Both the position numbers and the translations under genes were made by a program. Source: Octopus vulgaris (lineage: Eukaryota). From it: 64,000 nt of DNA. The notes under the pieces were generated by a model. It had not been told where the DNA came from and searched no databases. It saw only the letters and a list, made by a program, of their open reading frames with translations. The DNA lies in contig OX597818.1 of NCBI GenBank assembly GCA_951406725.2, positions 85,622,001-85,686,000 of the forward strand, written 5' to 3'. How positions within the stretch are numbered: the stretch's first letter is position 1; every line of letters begins with the position of its first letter. Shown here in pieces: positions 14,286-27,740 of this stretch.

Positions 14286-15694
14286 ATAAGAAGTATATTG
14301 GTGCATACATAGCTAGGTAGTTAAGAAGTTTGCTTCCCAACCACATGGTTCTAGGTTCAGTCTCACTGCATGCCCTCTCTCCCATAGCCCTAGGCTGACC
14401 AAAGCCTTGTGAGTGGGTTTTGTAGATGGAAACTGATAGTTATGGTCATGGTGATGATGATGGTAACAGTGGTATTGGTGATGGTAGAAACAGTCTAGGA
14501 TATCAATGATGTTTTTGGTTGTGTCTCTGTGACAGTGATATTAGTGACAGGTAGTATTAATGAAATATGCTGTGAGTCTGGAGTGATGGTGGGGGTTCTT
14601 TTCAGTCTTTGGAGAAGGCGGTGGTGGACAACAGTACAAAAGGATCGATTATCCCAGTCCCCACAACTAAGCAAACTAAGTACTACTGAAAGCAATCAGG
14701 CCCTGACTGTCTGTCTTTCCTTCTCCCTCTCTCTCTCCCTCATCATTCCCCTCTCTCTCATAGCAGCACTATCATATTCAAGCAAACAACAGACTCTCTC
14801 ACTTTCTCTCCCTCCATCCTCTCTTTCTCTCCTCTCCATCTTCTCTTTCTCTTCTGTCTTACACACAAACACACACACACACACACACACACAGCAGCAG
14901 CAGCACTATTATACTCTATTTCTCCCTCTCAGCAGCACTATCCTTCACACACATACAGCCGACTCTCTGTCTCTCTCCTTTCACCTCTCTCTCTCTCCAT
15001 CCTTTTCTCTTCTTTGTCTCCTTCCCTTTCTTCTCTCCATCCTTTTCTCGCTTTCTTCTCTTTCTCTCTCCCTCTTCTCTCCTCTCCAGCCTTCTCTCTC
15101 TCCCTCCTCTCTCCCTCCTCTCTCCTCTCCAGCCTTCTCTCTCTCTCTCTCACACACACACACAGCAGCAGCAGCTCTACCCTACTCAGGTAACAACTCA
15201 AACAAAGACAACCCTAACTGGTCAATAATTCAGTGGATAATATTGGCCATTGACCCCTGTTAACACTTAACACATCAATTACTGATTGATCCTGTTCAAA
15301 AGTTCTACCTTTGTTTTCTTCTTGCTCTGGTAGTGGCAGTGGCGATGGCGGTGGTGGAGTGCTGCTGGGATGTTGTAATGAGAGAATTGGGTAGGATTAT
15401 GATGATGGTAATGGTCTTATTAGCCAGTGTGGTGGTGGCAGTGGCGGCGGAGGTTCGTAATGTAATGAGAGAAATGGATGTGATGGTAGTGATGAATGGT
15501 ATCGTTATTGGGTATAGTGGTGGTGGTAATAGTTTTAGTGGAAGAAGTGTGCATGGTGTTAACGGTAATAGTGGATGGTCATATCAGTATTGAAAGTAGA
15601 ATGATAGGGGTGAGAGAGAGGGAGGGAGGGAGTGATAGTAATGTTGGTGGAATAGTACTAAAGCCACTCATTCCATTAACATGTTTTGTGCAAG

Positions 15695-16060
15695 CATGGT
15701 AGTGTGGTTAAAAAGCTCGCTTTTGCAACCATGTGGTTTCAGGTTCAGTCCTACTCTGCAGCACTTTTAACATGTATCTTCTACTGTAGCCCTGGGCTTG
15801 TGAGTGAATTTGGTAAATGGAAACTGTGTGGAAGCCTGTTATATATACATATATGTGTGTGTGTGTGTGTGCATGTCTTTGTGTCTGTCCCCCTTTCCAC
15901 AGCTTGGCAAAGAGGGTTGGTTTGTTTACATCCTTGTAAATTTGCAATTTGGCAGAAGGGATAGATAGAATAAGTATGGGGTCAATTTGATTGACTAATA
16001 GCCTTCAAGACCATGCTCTAGCATGGCCGGGCCCAATGACTTAAACAAGTAAATGAAAAG
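15695..16060 (+). mobile_element. SINE family A
   Basis: Same head, body and tail motifs. Confidence 0.8.
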
Positions 16061-16134
16061 ATGTACTAACTATTTACTGAAATTACCTCCTGCAAATGTA
16101 AGGCTTTCTGTGTTGTTTGGGAAAGGTTTAGATC

Positions 16135-16730
16135 TTTAGGTTCAGATATTTTTTTTTCCGTGTTAATTTGTATTCCAAACACCAGCTTAATAACAACAAA
16201 ATTATTTGAATAAACTCTTCATTATTTTCAAAATTAATTGAAGCAACAGCAGTGTATTTGAACAGAAATATGGAAATGAAAGGGTTAAAGTGACCTACAT
16301 GAAAAATTCCCATCAAAATTTGATATTAATTTATGTTCTAGGCACTTCTTCATAGCAACAAAGTTATTTGAAAAAATTCTCTATTGTTTTTGAAATTAAT
16401 TGAAGCAAAATAGGAGTATTTCAACAGAAATATGGTAGCAAAAGAGTTACAATGATCTAGATTAAAACCTTCAAAATTTCACATAATGTTTCAAACACCA
16501 GCTTAATGACAAAGTTATTTTATCAAATTCTTCACTATTTTTTAATGAATTAAAACAGAGGCAATGTATTTCAACAGTGGTATGTTAACAAAAGGCTTAA
16601 AGTGATCTTATTTTAAACCTTCCAATACCAGCTTAATATCAACAAGTTATTTGAATAAATTTTTCATTACTTTCAATGTTAATTGAAACAAAGTGTCTTT
16701 CAGCACAAATATGGCAACAAAAGAGTTTAT
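16135..16730 (+). repeat. Tandem array (~4 units of ~130-160 bp) of family P2
   Basis: Repeated ccaaacaccagcttaat...aaagttattt...aaattcttcattattttcaaaattaattgaa...gtatttcaacagaaatatgg...aaagggttaaagtgatct. Confidence 0.8.
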
Positions 16731-17297
16731 AAACACAGTCACCTAGCTGTAGCCAGTAAATAACCTGAAAGGCTATGAACATAATACACCAGGCTGGTTT
16801 CACCTGTCTGGTTTCAATAGCATCTCATTTGCTTTTGCATACACACATGTTTGCATGTGTGGGGAGAGAAAGGCAGAAAGAGAAGAGGCATGGATGACTG
16901 GGTTTGATAGGCCATCATTCATAAATATTAGTCATTGAGCTTAATGTTTTCTTTTACCCACTACATCTGTATTTTTAATTCCTAACATGCTGTACATCCT
17001 GTTGAAAATTTTCTAAGTCAAAAGTCCAGTCCTGTAATGATTTTGTTATAGAACAAAGACAAATGATAGAAGAAAGGATTAGAGCTTCCTCCCTTACATT
17101 AGAGAGTTCCTCACTTCCTTCAAAATGAATGTGAACTACATTATTAAATAGTACCGAACCGCTTATCTAGCTTCCAGAAATCCGGAAATACTGTGCAATA
17201 CCATTCAATTTACTGTTCCCTATATTGAGTAAACAAACCCAGTTTTGAAGCCGGTTGATTTGCATACAGTGTATTAAATAGTAGTTTTGTTCTTTTT

Positions 17298-17550
17298 CAT
17301 TTTTAAAAGAATTGATATGGATTAAACATATTCTGCTTTAGAATTGTATTAATTTGTACCTGTATCTTTTAAATAAAATCACGTTCTTTACTCTTCTTCA
17401 TTAATTTCCATTGTATAAACATACTGTATACATGGTACAGTATGATATATTTTAAGAATTTTAAATGGATTAATAGATATTAAACAGAACCTGCTTTAGA
17501 AATGTATTAATTTGAATCTGTTAAATACAATTTAGTTCTTTACTTTCCAT
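17298..17550. repeat. Diverged direct duplication (~100-bp core, ~150-bp period)
   Basis: aagaatt..atggattaa...ctgctttagaa.tgtattaatttg...gttctttact twice. Confidence 0.7.
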
Positions 17551-17582
17551 AGTTTATTTTATATTTTGAATATATAGTGCAA

Positions 17583-17960
17583 GTGTGGCTCTGTGGTCAG
17601 AAACATGCTTCCCAACCACATTGTTCTGAGTTCAGTCCCACTGCATGGCAACTTGGACAAGTGTCTTGTATAGCCCCAGGCTAAGCAAAACCTTGTAAAT
17701 GGATTTGGTAGATGGAAACTGAAAGAAGCTTGCTGTGTGTGTGTGTGCATGTGTCTTTGCATCTCTATTTCCTCACCACCACTTGACAACCAGTGTTGGT
17801 GCGTTTATGTCCTTGTAACTTAGTGGTTTGTCAAAAAATACATAAGTACCAGGTTTTAAAAAAGCAATATGTCCTGAGGTCGATTTGTTTGACTAAAACC
17901 TTTCAAGGTGGTGTCCCAGAATAGCCACAGACATTTGACTGAAACAAGTAAAAGATAAAA
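17583..17960 (+). mobile_element. tRNA-derived SINE family A (full length, internal (TG)n)
   Basis: Head ggctctgtggtcagaa (A-box-like), gagttcagtccc (B-box-like), cttggacaagtgtctt, tail gactgaaacaagtaaaagataaaaga; many related copies across the window. Confidence 0.85.
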
Positions 17961-18255
17961 GATATATTTAGGCTGTCTCCAGAAAATTGGAAAACCCTAA
18001 AATTCAAGACAATTGCAGTCCTGAGCTTGCTGGATATTAGGTCCAGTGCTGAAAGATCCGTGTGATAAGTGTACCATGCATGACTAGCTGATCAATGCAT
18101 TTGTGTGTGGAGTTAATTAGAATTGTAATGCTCACTATATTACAAAAAAAGAAAGAGAAAAAAAAGAAACAGTCAGCTATCATCCATGAATGAGTACAGC
18201 TTCATAATATGTACCATGCTTTTATTAATTGTTTCAGGTGACTGTGCAGGTGCAA

Positions 18256-18436
18256 ACAAACACAGACACCATTTTGATACTCCAAACCAGTGGTGCATTT
18301 AGAGCATGTATATACACACACACACACTCATACATACATATGACACAAACACAGGCACCATTTTGATTCTCCAACCCTGTAGTTCATTTAGAGCATGTAT
18401 ACACACACACACACACATACACACACACACACACAC
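18256..18436. repeat. Tandem duplication (~90-bp unit x2)
   Basis: aaacacag(a/g)caccattttgat(a/t)ctccaa...catttagagcatgtata(ca)n twice. Confidence 0.85.
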
Positions 18437-18480
18437 AATTAATAAATGACAAAAGGACAGGAATTAAACAATCAGCTTCA

Positions 18481-18543
18481 TCAGCTTACAGCTGTTTCTC
18501 AGAACTGAGTGCTTGTACAACATGCTACAAGTTCTATGGAGCC
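18481..18543 (-). ncRNA. Partial hammerhead-like motif (3' half intact, 5' core decayed)
   Basis: Minus strand: AGAACU...AGUUCU stem, then GAAACAGCUGUA (palindromic stem III ACAGCUGU, GUA triplet). The upstream CUGANGA is not intact. Confidence 0.35.
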
Positions 18544-18726
18544 ATATATATATATATGTGTGTGAGTGTAATATATGTATATATAAAAAGTAAATACAAA
18601 TAACAAATTACCAAAAATTGTTCATGGTTAATATTATTAGGTTGATGCTCACAAGAAAATGGAAATAGTAAAAGTTATAACGTTTTAGGGACTTACATGT
18701 ACACACAGATGTGTATGTATGTGAGT

Positions 18727-19220
18727 ATCATCATCATTATCATTTGACGCCTGTTGTCCATGCTGGGATGGCACACTGGAAGGCTGTGCCAGGATCCAGT
18801 CTAATTTGGCATGGTTTTCTACGGCTAGATGTCCTTCCTAACACCAACCACTCCTAGAGTGTAATGGGTGCTTTCACATGCCACCAGTTCAGGTGCCATT
18901 TGTGTGATACCGGTATCTGTCATGACTGCAATTTTGCTCAGCTTGAAGGATCTTCTGCCCAGGCACAACATAATGCCAAAGGTCTTGGTCATTGCCTCTG
19001 TCAGGCCCAACACTTGAAAGGAGCTTGGCCACTTTGCCTCCATGAGGCCCAACACTCGAAAGGAACTCTGCCACCTTGCCGGAGCTTGTCACTTTGCCTC
19101 CATGGGGCCCAGCACTCAAAAGGAACTCTGCCACCTTGCCTCCATGAGGCCCAATCGAAAGGAACTCAACCACCACACCTCCATGAGACCCGCTTGAAAG
19201 AAACTTGGCCACCTTGCCTG
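18727..19220 (-). mobile_element. SINE family C with a ~41-bp minisatellite (~19000-19220)
   Basis: Family C tail and body, then ~5 copies of ccatgaggcccaacactcgaaaggaactctgccaccttgcct. Confidence 0.75.
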
Positions 19221-20574
19221 TGGTGTATATATATATATGTGTATGTGTGATCAAACTTTAAAGAAGCTGGTGGTGTTCTATGTCAACAAGGCTTACATTA
19301 TGTAGTAAAATCAATAAAAAGAATACTGTGGACTATATGTATATAAATATATATTTACTCAAACTTCTTTCAGTTTCTGTCGACCAAATCCACTTACAAG
19401 GCTTTGATCAGTCTGGAACTATTGCAGACAAAAACACTTGCCTAAGGTGCTACACACTGGGACTGAACCCAATGTGTGACACCTTAGGCAAGTGTCCTCC
19501 TCTGAAATACCACATGGTTGTGAAGCAAGCTTCTTAACCCACACAACCATGCCTTCTATAAATCTATAAAAACTTGCAGCTATATTTCCTTACCTTCGGT
19601 ACTAATTCTACAACTCATTCTTTAGTACCGAGGAGAAAATCGAATCGGTTCCCACTGATCACATTTTGTAGCTCAGTAAGATTGATCAACCATTGGTTAG
19701 TGCTTGAGAATGAGAGAAAATGACTAAAAGAAAGAAGTAAGTAAATGAGATCGTTTCCATCGTTAGAACAGTTAACAAGAATCTCCAATAAAGCTTTAGC
19801 TCTACAACACCCCCATCCCTCATTCTTTCTCTCCACCCACCTCCTCTCAATTCTTCATGTATCTTTGGAAACTGATTTCTTTCTCTCACTTCTTTTGCTG
19901 CTTTTTTTTTTTTTTTTGTGTTTTCTGCAATGTTTCCTTAAATGGATTTGTAGAAAACTCCTTGGGAATATTCAAGATTTATGGCTAGCTTTATCATCTT
20001 AGCATTAATGTACTAACGGAAGCAAAACCAATTGTCTGTGAGATAGCATTGAGAAGAATATGTCTCTCTCTATATATATATGTATGTGTGTATGTATATG
20101 CATGTGTGTGTGTATACATATATATATACATACATGTATAAATGTGTTTGTATATATATGTATGTGTGTCTATATGTATACTTGTGATTGTGTGTGCATA
20201 TATCTATGTATAATCAGCAAATAAATAAAAACAATGAAATGTCAGTAAAAACAAAGAAATCAAGCCAACAAAAAAAAAGTATCTTTAAAGAAATTAACAG
20301 AAATAAAGCCAAAAGAAATGGAAAATGTTCATCTTAAATAAAATATGAAACAAATGGAATGGTAGTGATTTATAATGTTGTTGAGTAAAGGCATTGATGA
20401 TGGTGGTGACAATGGTCGCAGTGGGGGTTTGTGATGGTAGTAGTAGTTAAAGAAATTTCTTAATTTTATACAGGAACCAATGGGACTAATAATAATAATA
20501 ATCAAAATAATGACACTGTCTTGCTTTAGTATTTTATGATAATAGTTATGAAGTCGCTTTATTTTTTTTTGATA

Positions 20575-20790
20575 ATGATAATCCTTTCTACTATAGGCAC
20601 CAGGCCTGGAATTTCAGTGAGGAGGAGGCTAGTTGTTTTCATCAATCTTAGTTCTTGATAGGTATTTATTTTATTAACCCTGAAAAGATGAAAAGCAAAT
20701 TAGACTTCGGTGGAATTTGAAACCAAGATGCAAAGTCAGAAGGAAAGCTGCTAAGCTTTTTGTCCGGCATACTAATTATTCTGCCTGCTC
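20575..20790 (-). mobile_element. SINE family B
   Basis: Reverse family B motifs; a further copy at ~21340-21550. Confidence 0.75.
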
Positions 20791-21275
20791 TCTGATGATG
20801 ATAATGACAATAATGATAATAATCTTGTTTATTTGCCACAAGGGTGACAGACATGATAATAACAGTGATTGTTGTGATAGTAGTTATAAATTGAAGGTGC
20901 ATGGCACAGTGGTTAAAGCGACAGGTTCACAATCATAAGGTAGTAGGTTCAATTCTTGGATTGAATTGTGTCGTGTTCTTGAGCAAGACACTTTATTACC
21001 CATTGCTCCAGTCTACTCTGCCTCTCCTTTCCATGCCTTGGATAACATCAGTGGCATAGAGATGGGAGGCTGCTATGCATGGGTGTCTGGTGGTCTTCTA
21101 TAAACAACCTTGCCCAGACTTGTACCTGGGAGGGTAACTTTCTAGGTTCAATCCTATGGTAATTTATGACTGAAGAGGATCTTTTTTACTTTTTTAGTAG
21201 TTATAATAAATATTTCTGTTTATATTAACTCGAGAACCAGACATATTAATAATAAGTTACAGAAGCCAGTTACAA

Positions 21276-21319
<44 letters not shown>

Positions 21320-22949
21320 ACAAATTGGACATTTCAAATACAAGCACAAAGCCTGAATTTGGAGGATCAGGGCTAATCAATTACATCAGCCTCTATACTT
21401 GACTGGTACTTTATTTTATTTTATTTTGTTTTGTTGACCCCATAAGGATGAAAAGCAAAGAATACACCTTAGTGGAATTTGAATTCAGAATGTAAAGAAC
21501 CAGAATAAATGCTGCTAGGCATAGCATTTTTTCTGATGTACTGATGATTTTAATAATTTCATAAATCTTCAGGTTTGGCTGTGTGGTTAAGATGTTAGTT
21601 TTCTAACGACATGGTCTCAGGTTCACTTCCACTGCACAAGTGGAAAGTCTCTTCGACTACAGCCCTGGGCCAGTTAAAGCTTTGTGAGTAAATTTGGTAG
21701 ATGTAAGCTGAACTAAGTCCATCGTGTTTATATGCATGTGTGAGTCTGTATGTTTGTGTATTTGCATCAGTGTGTGCATGTGTGTGTGTGGTGGGGATGT
21801 ATTCATGTTTCCTTGTCTTGATGTCCTGCAATTGTTGTAAATGACCATCGTTTGTGAAAGCCTGCCTGGCTATGGGGGAAATATGATCTTACTTGGAAAC
21901 AGGTGAGGGTTAGTGACAGGAAAGGCATTCAGCCATAGAAAATCTTTCCTCAAAGAATTCTGCCTGGATCATGTATACATGGAAAAGTGGATGTTAAAAA
22001 AGGAATGGTGGTGATGGTGGCAGCAACAGTGATGATGATGATGATGATGAGGAAGAAATCTTCAATTAACAGTTTCAAAATACTAGTCGGGAGGACTTGA
22101 AATTTCTTCGGAGAATACAAAGAAAACAAAAAAAAAAATTGGTGATGGTGGTAGGGGGAAAAAAGGTTTGTCTCAGTTTATTTATGCAAGTCACCAAGTC
22201 AGTGCCATAATGAATGATTCTTCGGCTAACAAAAAAGCTCCAACTGCCAGCCTTCCCATCCCTCCAAGAAAGAGAAGGAATGACATTGCCATTAATTAAA
22301 AAGTAAGCCTGGACATGGGAAAATCTTGGGAAAACAAAGAACAACTGTAGAAGGAAGGAATTGTAGTTGAGATTTTTGGGAGATTTGTGGAACTTGTAAA
22401 AGAAGGAATGGATTGGTTTTTACATGTACGTTGTGGAATTGGAGTATAAGAAAATGTGTTGTTAGGGTTTTTTTTTACTTTTTGGGAATTGGTGTTATTG
22501 TTGCTATTCTTTATTATTCAACCCACCCCGGCTCCTACCTTTCCATCAGACCCTTCTTTTGTAAATTTTTTAGTTTTTGATAGAGTTATGGTGAACCTTC
22601 CCCTCCCTCTCTCTCTTTCCCTCTCTCTCTTTTCCCTCTCTCTTTCTGTCCTCTAGTACTTCCTCCCTCTCTCTTTCTATCTTCTATTACTTCCTCTCCC
22701 TCTCTCTGTGTTTCATATGAATCTACATTGTGTGTGTGTGTGTGTGTGTGTGTGCATGCGTGCACACACAAACATGAAAGTGAACCAGAGCCAGTGTGTG
22801 TGTGCTTGTATTTGTGATCCTTTCTGATTGTGTCAGTGTATATGTGTTTGCCTTTATGTATATTGTATGTTTAAATGACAGAAAGAAAGAGAGAGAATGT
22901 ATGTATGATTTTGTGTGTGTGTTTATAGGTGTGTAACAGGTATTTAACA

Positions 22950-23570
22950 CTTTCAAAACCAACCCACTTAAGACCACCTTGGTTCAATGACACAAATATG
23001 TGATTTAAAATTGATCTAAATTAAAACTTTCTTCCATCAAAATTTCATGTTAATTTATGATAATTTATGTTCCAAACACAAACTTAAGAACCTTTCCTAC
23101 AATAAGCACAATGCCTGAAATGTTTTAGAAGTTGGTGTCTAATTGATTAGACACTGGTGCTATTTTATCGAACCTTGAAGGGTTAAAGGCAAAGTTGACC
23201 TCAGTCGAGTTTGAACTCAGAACATAAGGGCAAACGACATGTTCCTAAGCATTTTGTCCCGCATGCTAACAATTCTGCCAGTTCACTGCCTTCAAACACC
23301 AGTTAAATAATGACAGTTATTTCATTAAGTTCCTATTTATTTTGAAAATTAATTGAGACAAAGGCTGTGTTTTTCAACATAAATGCAGTAACAAGAAGGT
23401 TGAAATGATCTAAAAATCTTCCATCAGTATTTCATATTTCAATTTATGTTTCAAACACCATCTCGATAATGACATAGTTATTTTACTATGTTCTTCATTA
23501 TTTTCAAAATTAAACTGAATCAAAAGCAATGCATTTTCAATGAAATATGGTAAAAAAAAGAGTTAATGAA
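22950..23570 (+). repeat. Family P2 units interrupted by a family B SINE (~23090-23292, -)
   Basis: Same P2 motifs; the SINE is flanked by an imperfect duplication caaacacaaacttaa / caaacaccagttaaa. Confidence 0.7.
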
Positions 23571-25708
23571 ATATAATTTTGCATAAGCTTCTTAGTTGAG
23601 TTACTTAGAATGTGGTCAAGTATATCTAAAAACATTGTCATTGTTGAGATGAAAGAAATGGCCATTTCCTTATTATGGTTTTGTATTGTGTGGTTATTAT
23701 TTGAAGTGTGGTGGTGTGTTAGTGGTTGGTACTGGCTGTGTTTCTATGTGTAATAAATAGTGTGGTAAGAAATTTGCTTTCCAACTACATGGTTCCAAGT
23801 TCAGTCCCACTGCATTGCACCTTTGAAGTGTGATCTCTACAGTAGCCCTGGACTGACCAAAACTTTGTGAGTGAATTTGGTAGATAGAAACTGAAAGCAG
23901 CTCATCATGTGTGTATGTATGTATGTATATGTTTGTGTTAATTGTAGATGAGTGTCACTGTCATACAAGCAGTGTCATTCATTTCCAATATGTTGCAAGA
24001 GCATGTCTGGCTATGGGGAAATATTACCTTGCTTAGAAACAGGTAAGGATTGGCAACAGGAAAGGCACCCAGCCATAGAAAATTTGCATCAATAAATTCC
24101 GTCCAACACATGCAAGCATGAAAAAGTGAACGAACAGACTCAGGATCAGAGGCATTCCAACCATGATTATCTTGTCTTTTTTTTTTTGTCATATCTAGAG
24201 GTACATTTTCAATGTGTCTTGTAATTTTTAAGATCACAAAAATATGAAATGAGAGGAATCTAGTTGATATGTTTAGCAGTTTGATGACCATATAGAAGTT
24301 CCCTCCATTCCATGCTAGATGTTGAATGTTGTATGAAGGTGGTGTTAGTGTTCTGTATCCAGATATAACAATGTGTTAGATAGTGGAATTTGTAATGTGG
24401 AGTGATTTGTGAAAGTAATAATATAGTAATGCTTCTATCACTAGTTATAGTTGTAATATACTATTTGTGGTGTTGATAATATGTTGTGGAGAGAATAGTG
24501 CTTACAGTGTCTTGTGCAAAAGTGTTGGGTGGTGTCTTGGGCAGAAATCGTGATGCTGGTGGTGGGATGTTGTGCATTATGCCAAGGTGGTGTTAGTACA
24601 CTGTACCAATGTGAATAAAGGATATAAAGCTATAGATGATCTTTGTGATATATTTAAATGAGACATAGCTTGTATGTATCATCAATATTTCAATAGATAG
24701 ACACCTGTAAAATTTAGAAATCTTACTACTAAACCCTTCTACTTAAAAACGATTGCCAATTTTCAAAGCTACAAAGTGATAAAAATTTTTATAGAAACTT
24801 CTACATAAAAGCTCTTATTGATATCAAATTGTTTATGTGATAATTCCTACTTGTCGCTGAATTGGGTGAATTCCTGCCGATATTAGCAAACCACTCTGGT
24901 GCCATTATATTTAAGAGAATCGTAATGTTCACAAAACCTGTTCTATTTATTGATTAGAATTTTCACTGATGGAAAAGGTCTTTTCATATGCAAAATCTTT
25001 TTAATTTCATTCGTTCTCCTAAACCTGATCAACACGACTCTTTATTGTTATATTTGTTTTCCTTTCTTTGTTTCGTTTTTATTTAATCTTTCTCTATTTC
25101 TACTTCCTCCTCCCTCCTCACCTTTCTCCGACTGACCCCTCTCTATTTCTCCTTCTTATGCAGAATAATTCCTTCACACACTCTCTACTTCTCTTGTTCT
25201 CAAATTAAATCTCTCCACACGCATAAACATAAACACACACTCACACATCCACATGCACTCTCTTTGTTCTCACGTCATATAACTAACTCACACACTCATT
25301 CTCAAATCCTCTCTCTCTCTCCCTCTCTACTTACACTCAATATCTTGCTCACACACTTGCTACTTCTCTCATTCTTATATCCACTCTTTGACTCACGTTC
25401 CAATGTATTATGTGACTCATTCTATCATGCACTCATTCACTCAGTGCTAATTTTGCATTAATCCACTCTCCAGATTTCTTTAGACTTTCTATCTTTCTTT
25501 CTAACATTCTTCTTTCTCTCAATTTGAAGATAGATGTCTTCTATGGTTAAAGCATGAGGGTAGCTCATCCTGAAAAAAAGATCTGTCAAAATAAAGATGA
25601 TTGATTGATTGATCAACTATCTACAAAAATCAACCTCTGTAATAATGTCTTTATTAATACATCCTCATCTTCTATATGCAGATTTTGTATGTTTATAAAT
25701 GTGACACA

Positions 25709-26103
25709 GGTGTGGCTGTGTGGTCAGAAGTTTGCTTCCCAACCACATGGTTCTGAGTTCAGTTCCACTGCTCAGCACATTGGGCAAGTGTCTTCTACTA
25801 TAGCTTCAGGGCTGACCAAAGCCCTGTAAGTGGGTTTGGTGGATGGAAACTGAAAGAAGCCCCTTTTATATATATATATATATATACATCTTTGTGTTTA
25901 TGTTTTTGTGTCAATGTTTGTCCCCTATCATCCCTTGACAATTGATGTTGGTATATTAACTTAGCAATTCAGTAAAAGAGACAAATAGATTAAGTACCAA
26001 GCTTTAAAAATAATAAGTACTGGGGTTGATCCAATTGACTAAAATTTGTCATGGTTGTGCACCAGCATGGCCACATTCTGACTGAAACAATTAAAAGATA
26101 AAA
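25709..26103 (+). mobile_element. SINE family A
   Basis: Full head-to-tail match. Confidence 0.85.
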
Positions 26104-26823
26104 AATATGCCATCATTATAATTATCAGTTAACATCCACTTTTCTATGCTTTACAAACAGAGTTCACTAAGTAGATTTTCTATGGCTCGATGCTCTTCCT
26201 CTCATCAACCCTCCTCTTTATCAAAGCAAGTTAATATTTGTCATGCCCAGACTTGTTTCACAAAGGGCTGGAAGGAAACAATATTGCTTGTATGTCTGGG
26301 ATGCATGCTTACAATCGCCACATAATATCAAGACAAGGGTACACTCAAACACACATATATGCACATACATCCATATATAACAAATATTTTTCAGTTTTTG
26401 TCTACCTAATCCATTCACAAGGCTTAGGATGAACTGAGATTATAGTAGAAGGCACCACAAAGTGGGTCCATGTGTATTTATTAAATGTTAGAATTGAGAT
26501 CCTGAAACCAATGAAAGTATTGGTGTGGGTGCTGGTGTCACATCAAAAACACTAGTGTTGGTGCCACTTAAAAAGCACTGGTGCTGGTGCCACATAAAAA
26601 AGCACTAGTTGATGGTGATGATGTGTATGCTCATTTAAGTTTCCTTCCATAATATTCTTCTAACAACTAAGCAATGTTTTTCTTTCTCACTAAAAATGTT
26701 CTCACATCAGTATTCTACCTTCATTTCATTTCTCTGTTGGTATACCTTCTTATCTTTCCTTTATATCTCAGCAAGTTACGCAAGAAGAAAAATATTATAT
26801 GTTAATCCCTTTATATCTTCCAG

Positions 26824-26914
26824 ATCATATCGTGATGAAGCTGTCTGTTAGAGTTGGTGGCAAGGATTTCGTCTCTGTAAACTTTACGTTCTTTGACTGC
26901 AACGTGCACTCCTC
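26824..26914 (+). CDS. Internal coding exon of a plexin (plexin-B/A-like semaphorin receptor), segment leading into a PSI domain
   Basis: Pyrimidine-rich acceptor ttatatcttccag|, donor tc|gtaagt; 91 nt, phase 1 in, phase 2 out. Reads (D)HIVMKLSVRVGGKDFVSVNFTFFDCNVHS(S), matching the plexin motif 'KLSVR....DFV..NFTFFDC..HSSC..C' I recall from invertebrate plexin B (FYNCSVH.SC in plexin A). Too short to appear in the ORF track. Confidence 0.9.
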
Positions 26915-27449
26915 GTAAGTAATCCTCTTTTTCCACTCAGATCTTTTTCCCTATGATTGGTCTTTTTTTTTACATTTTTTCTAATTGTCTCTTACTTTTA
27001 TATCTAAGTCTTTCCTATTAACATATATGTAAAACATTTGTACCAATATATATACATTCTGACAGTAGAAATCTTGTGAATAAGTTTACTTTTTCAATAG
27101 AACATTGCCATTATTAACCCTTATCCTAATTATGTCTGATGTTATTGTCTAATCCGAAGTGAGCCTCACTTCAGAAGACATTTGATCCAAGTGTAACAAG
27201 TCTCACAATTTAGATATAGTTTAGCTAGAAACGATGTGATTTTATGGAAATTTGGCTACTATGTCTTGTAGGTCAAACAGCTATATATACAGGGATTTCT
27301 CATTGACTTCTATAAACCATTCTGTAATCATCACCATGTTGTGGATTTGCATTGTTCAACAATGCGGGTACAGTTGTTCAATAAATTGAATTACTTGCCC
27401 CTGAATTTATGTAAGTATCAGTGGCTGAGTATTCCACTGACATGTGGCA

Positions 27450-27740
27450 GTGCATGGCTTGGTGTTTAGGGTTTTGAACTCACAATTGTAAGATTGTGGT
27501 TTTGATTCCTGGACTGAGTGATGTGTTGTGTTCTTGAGCAAAACACTTCATTTCATGTTGCTCCAGTCCACTCAGCTGTAGAAATGAGTACTATTAGTGG
27601 AAGCATGTCCCTGAATGGTTAAGGTGTTGAATTCATGACCATAAGATTGTGGTTTCGATTCCTGGACCAGGCAGTGCATTGTGTTCTTGAGCAAAACACT
27701 TCACTTCACATTGCTCCAGTCCACTCAGTTGTAGAAATGA
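27450..27740 (+). mobile_element. Two tandem tRNA-derived SINE family D heads (CORE-like domain)
   Basis: gcatggcttggtgtttagg...ggtttcgattcctgga...ttcttgagcaaaacacttcatttca..ttgctccagtccactcag; related copies at ~8325-8470, 20897-21190, 37800-38080. Confidence 0.75.

Noticed and set aside
14529-15263. 244-aa Leu/Ser-rich ORF
   Set aside because: CT-repeat derived low complexity.
18864-19254. Repetitive 121-128-aa ORFs / CRISPR-like periodicity
   Set aside because: Contiguous 41-bp minisatellite without unique spacers; eukaryotic context, no cas genes.
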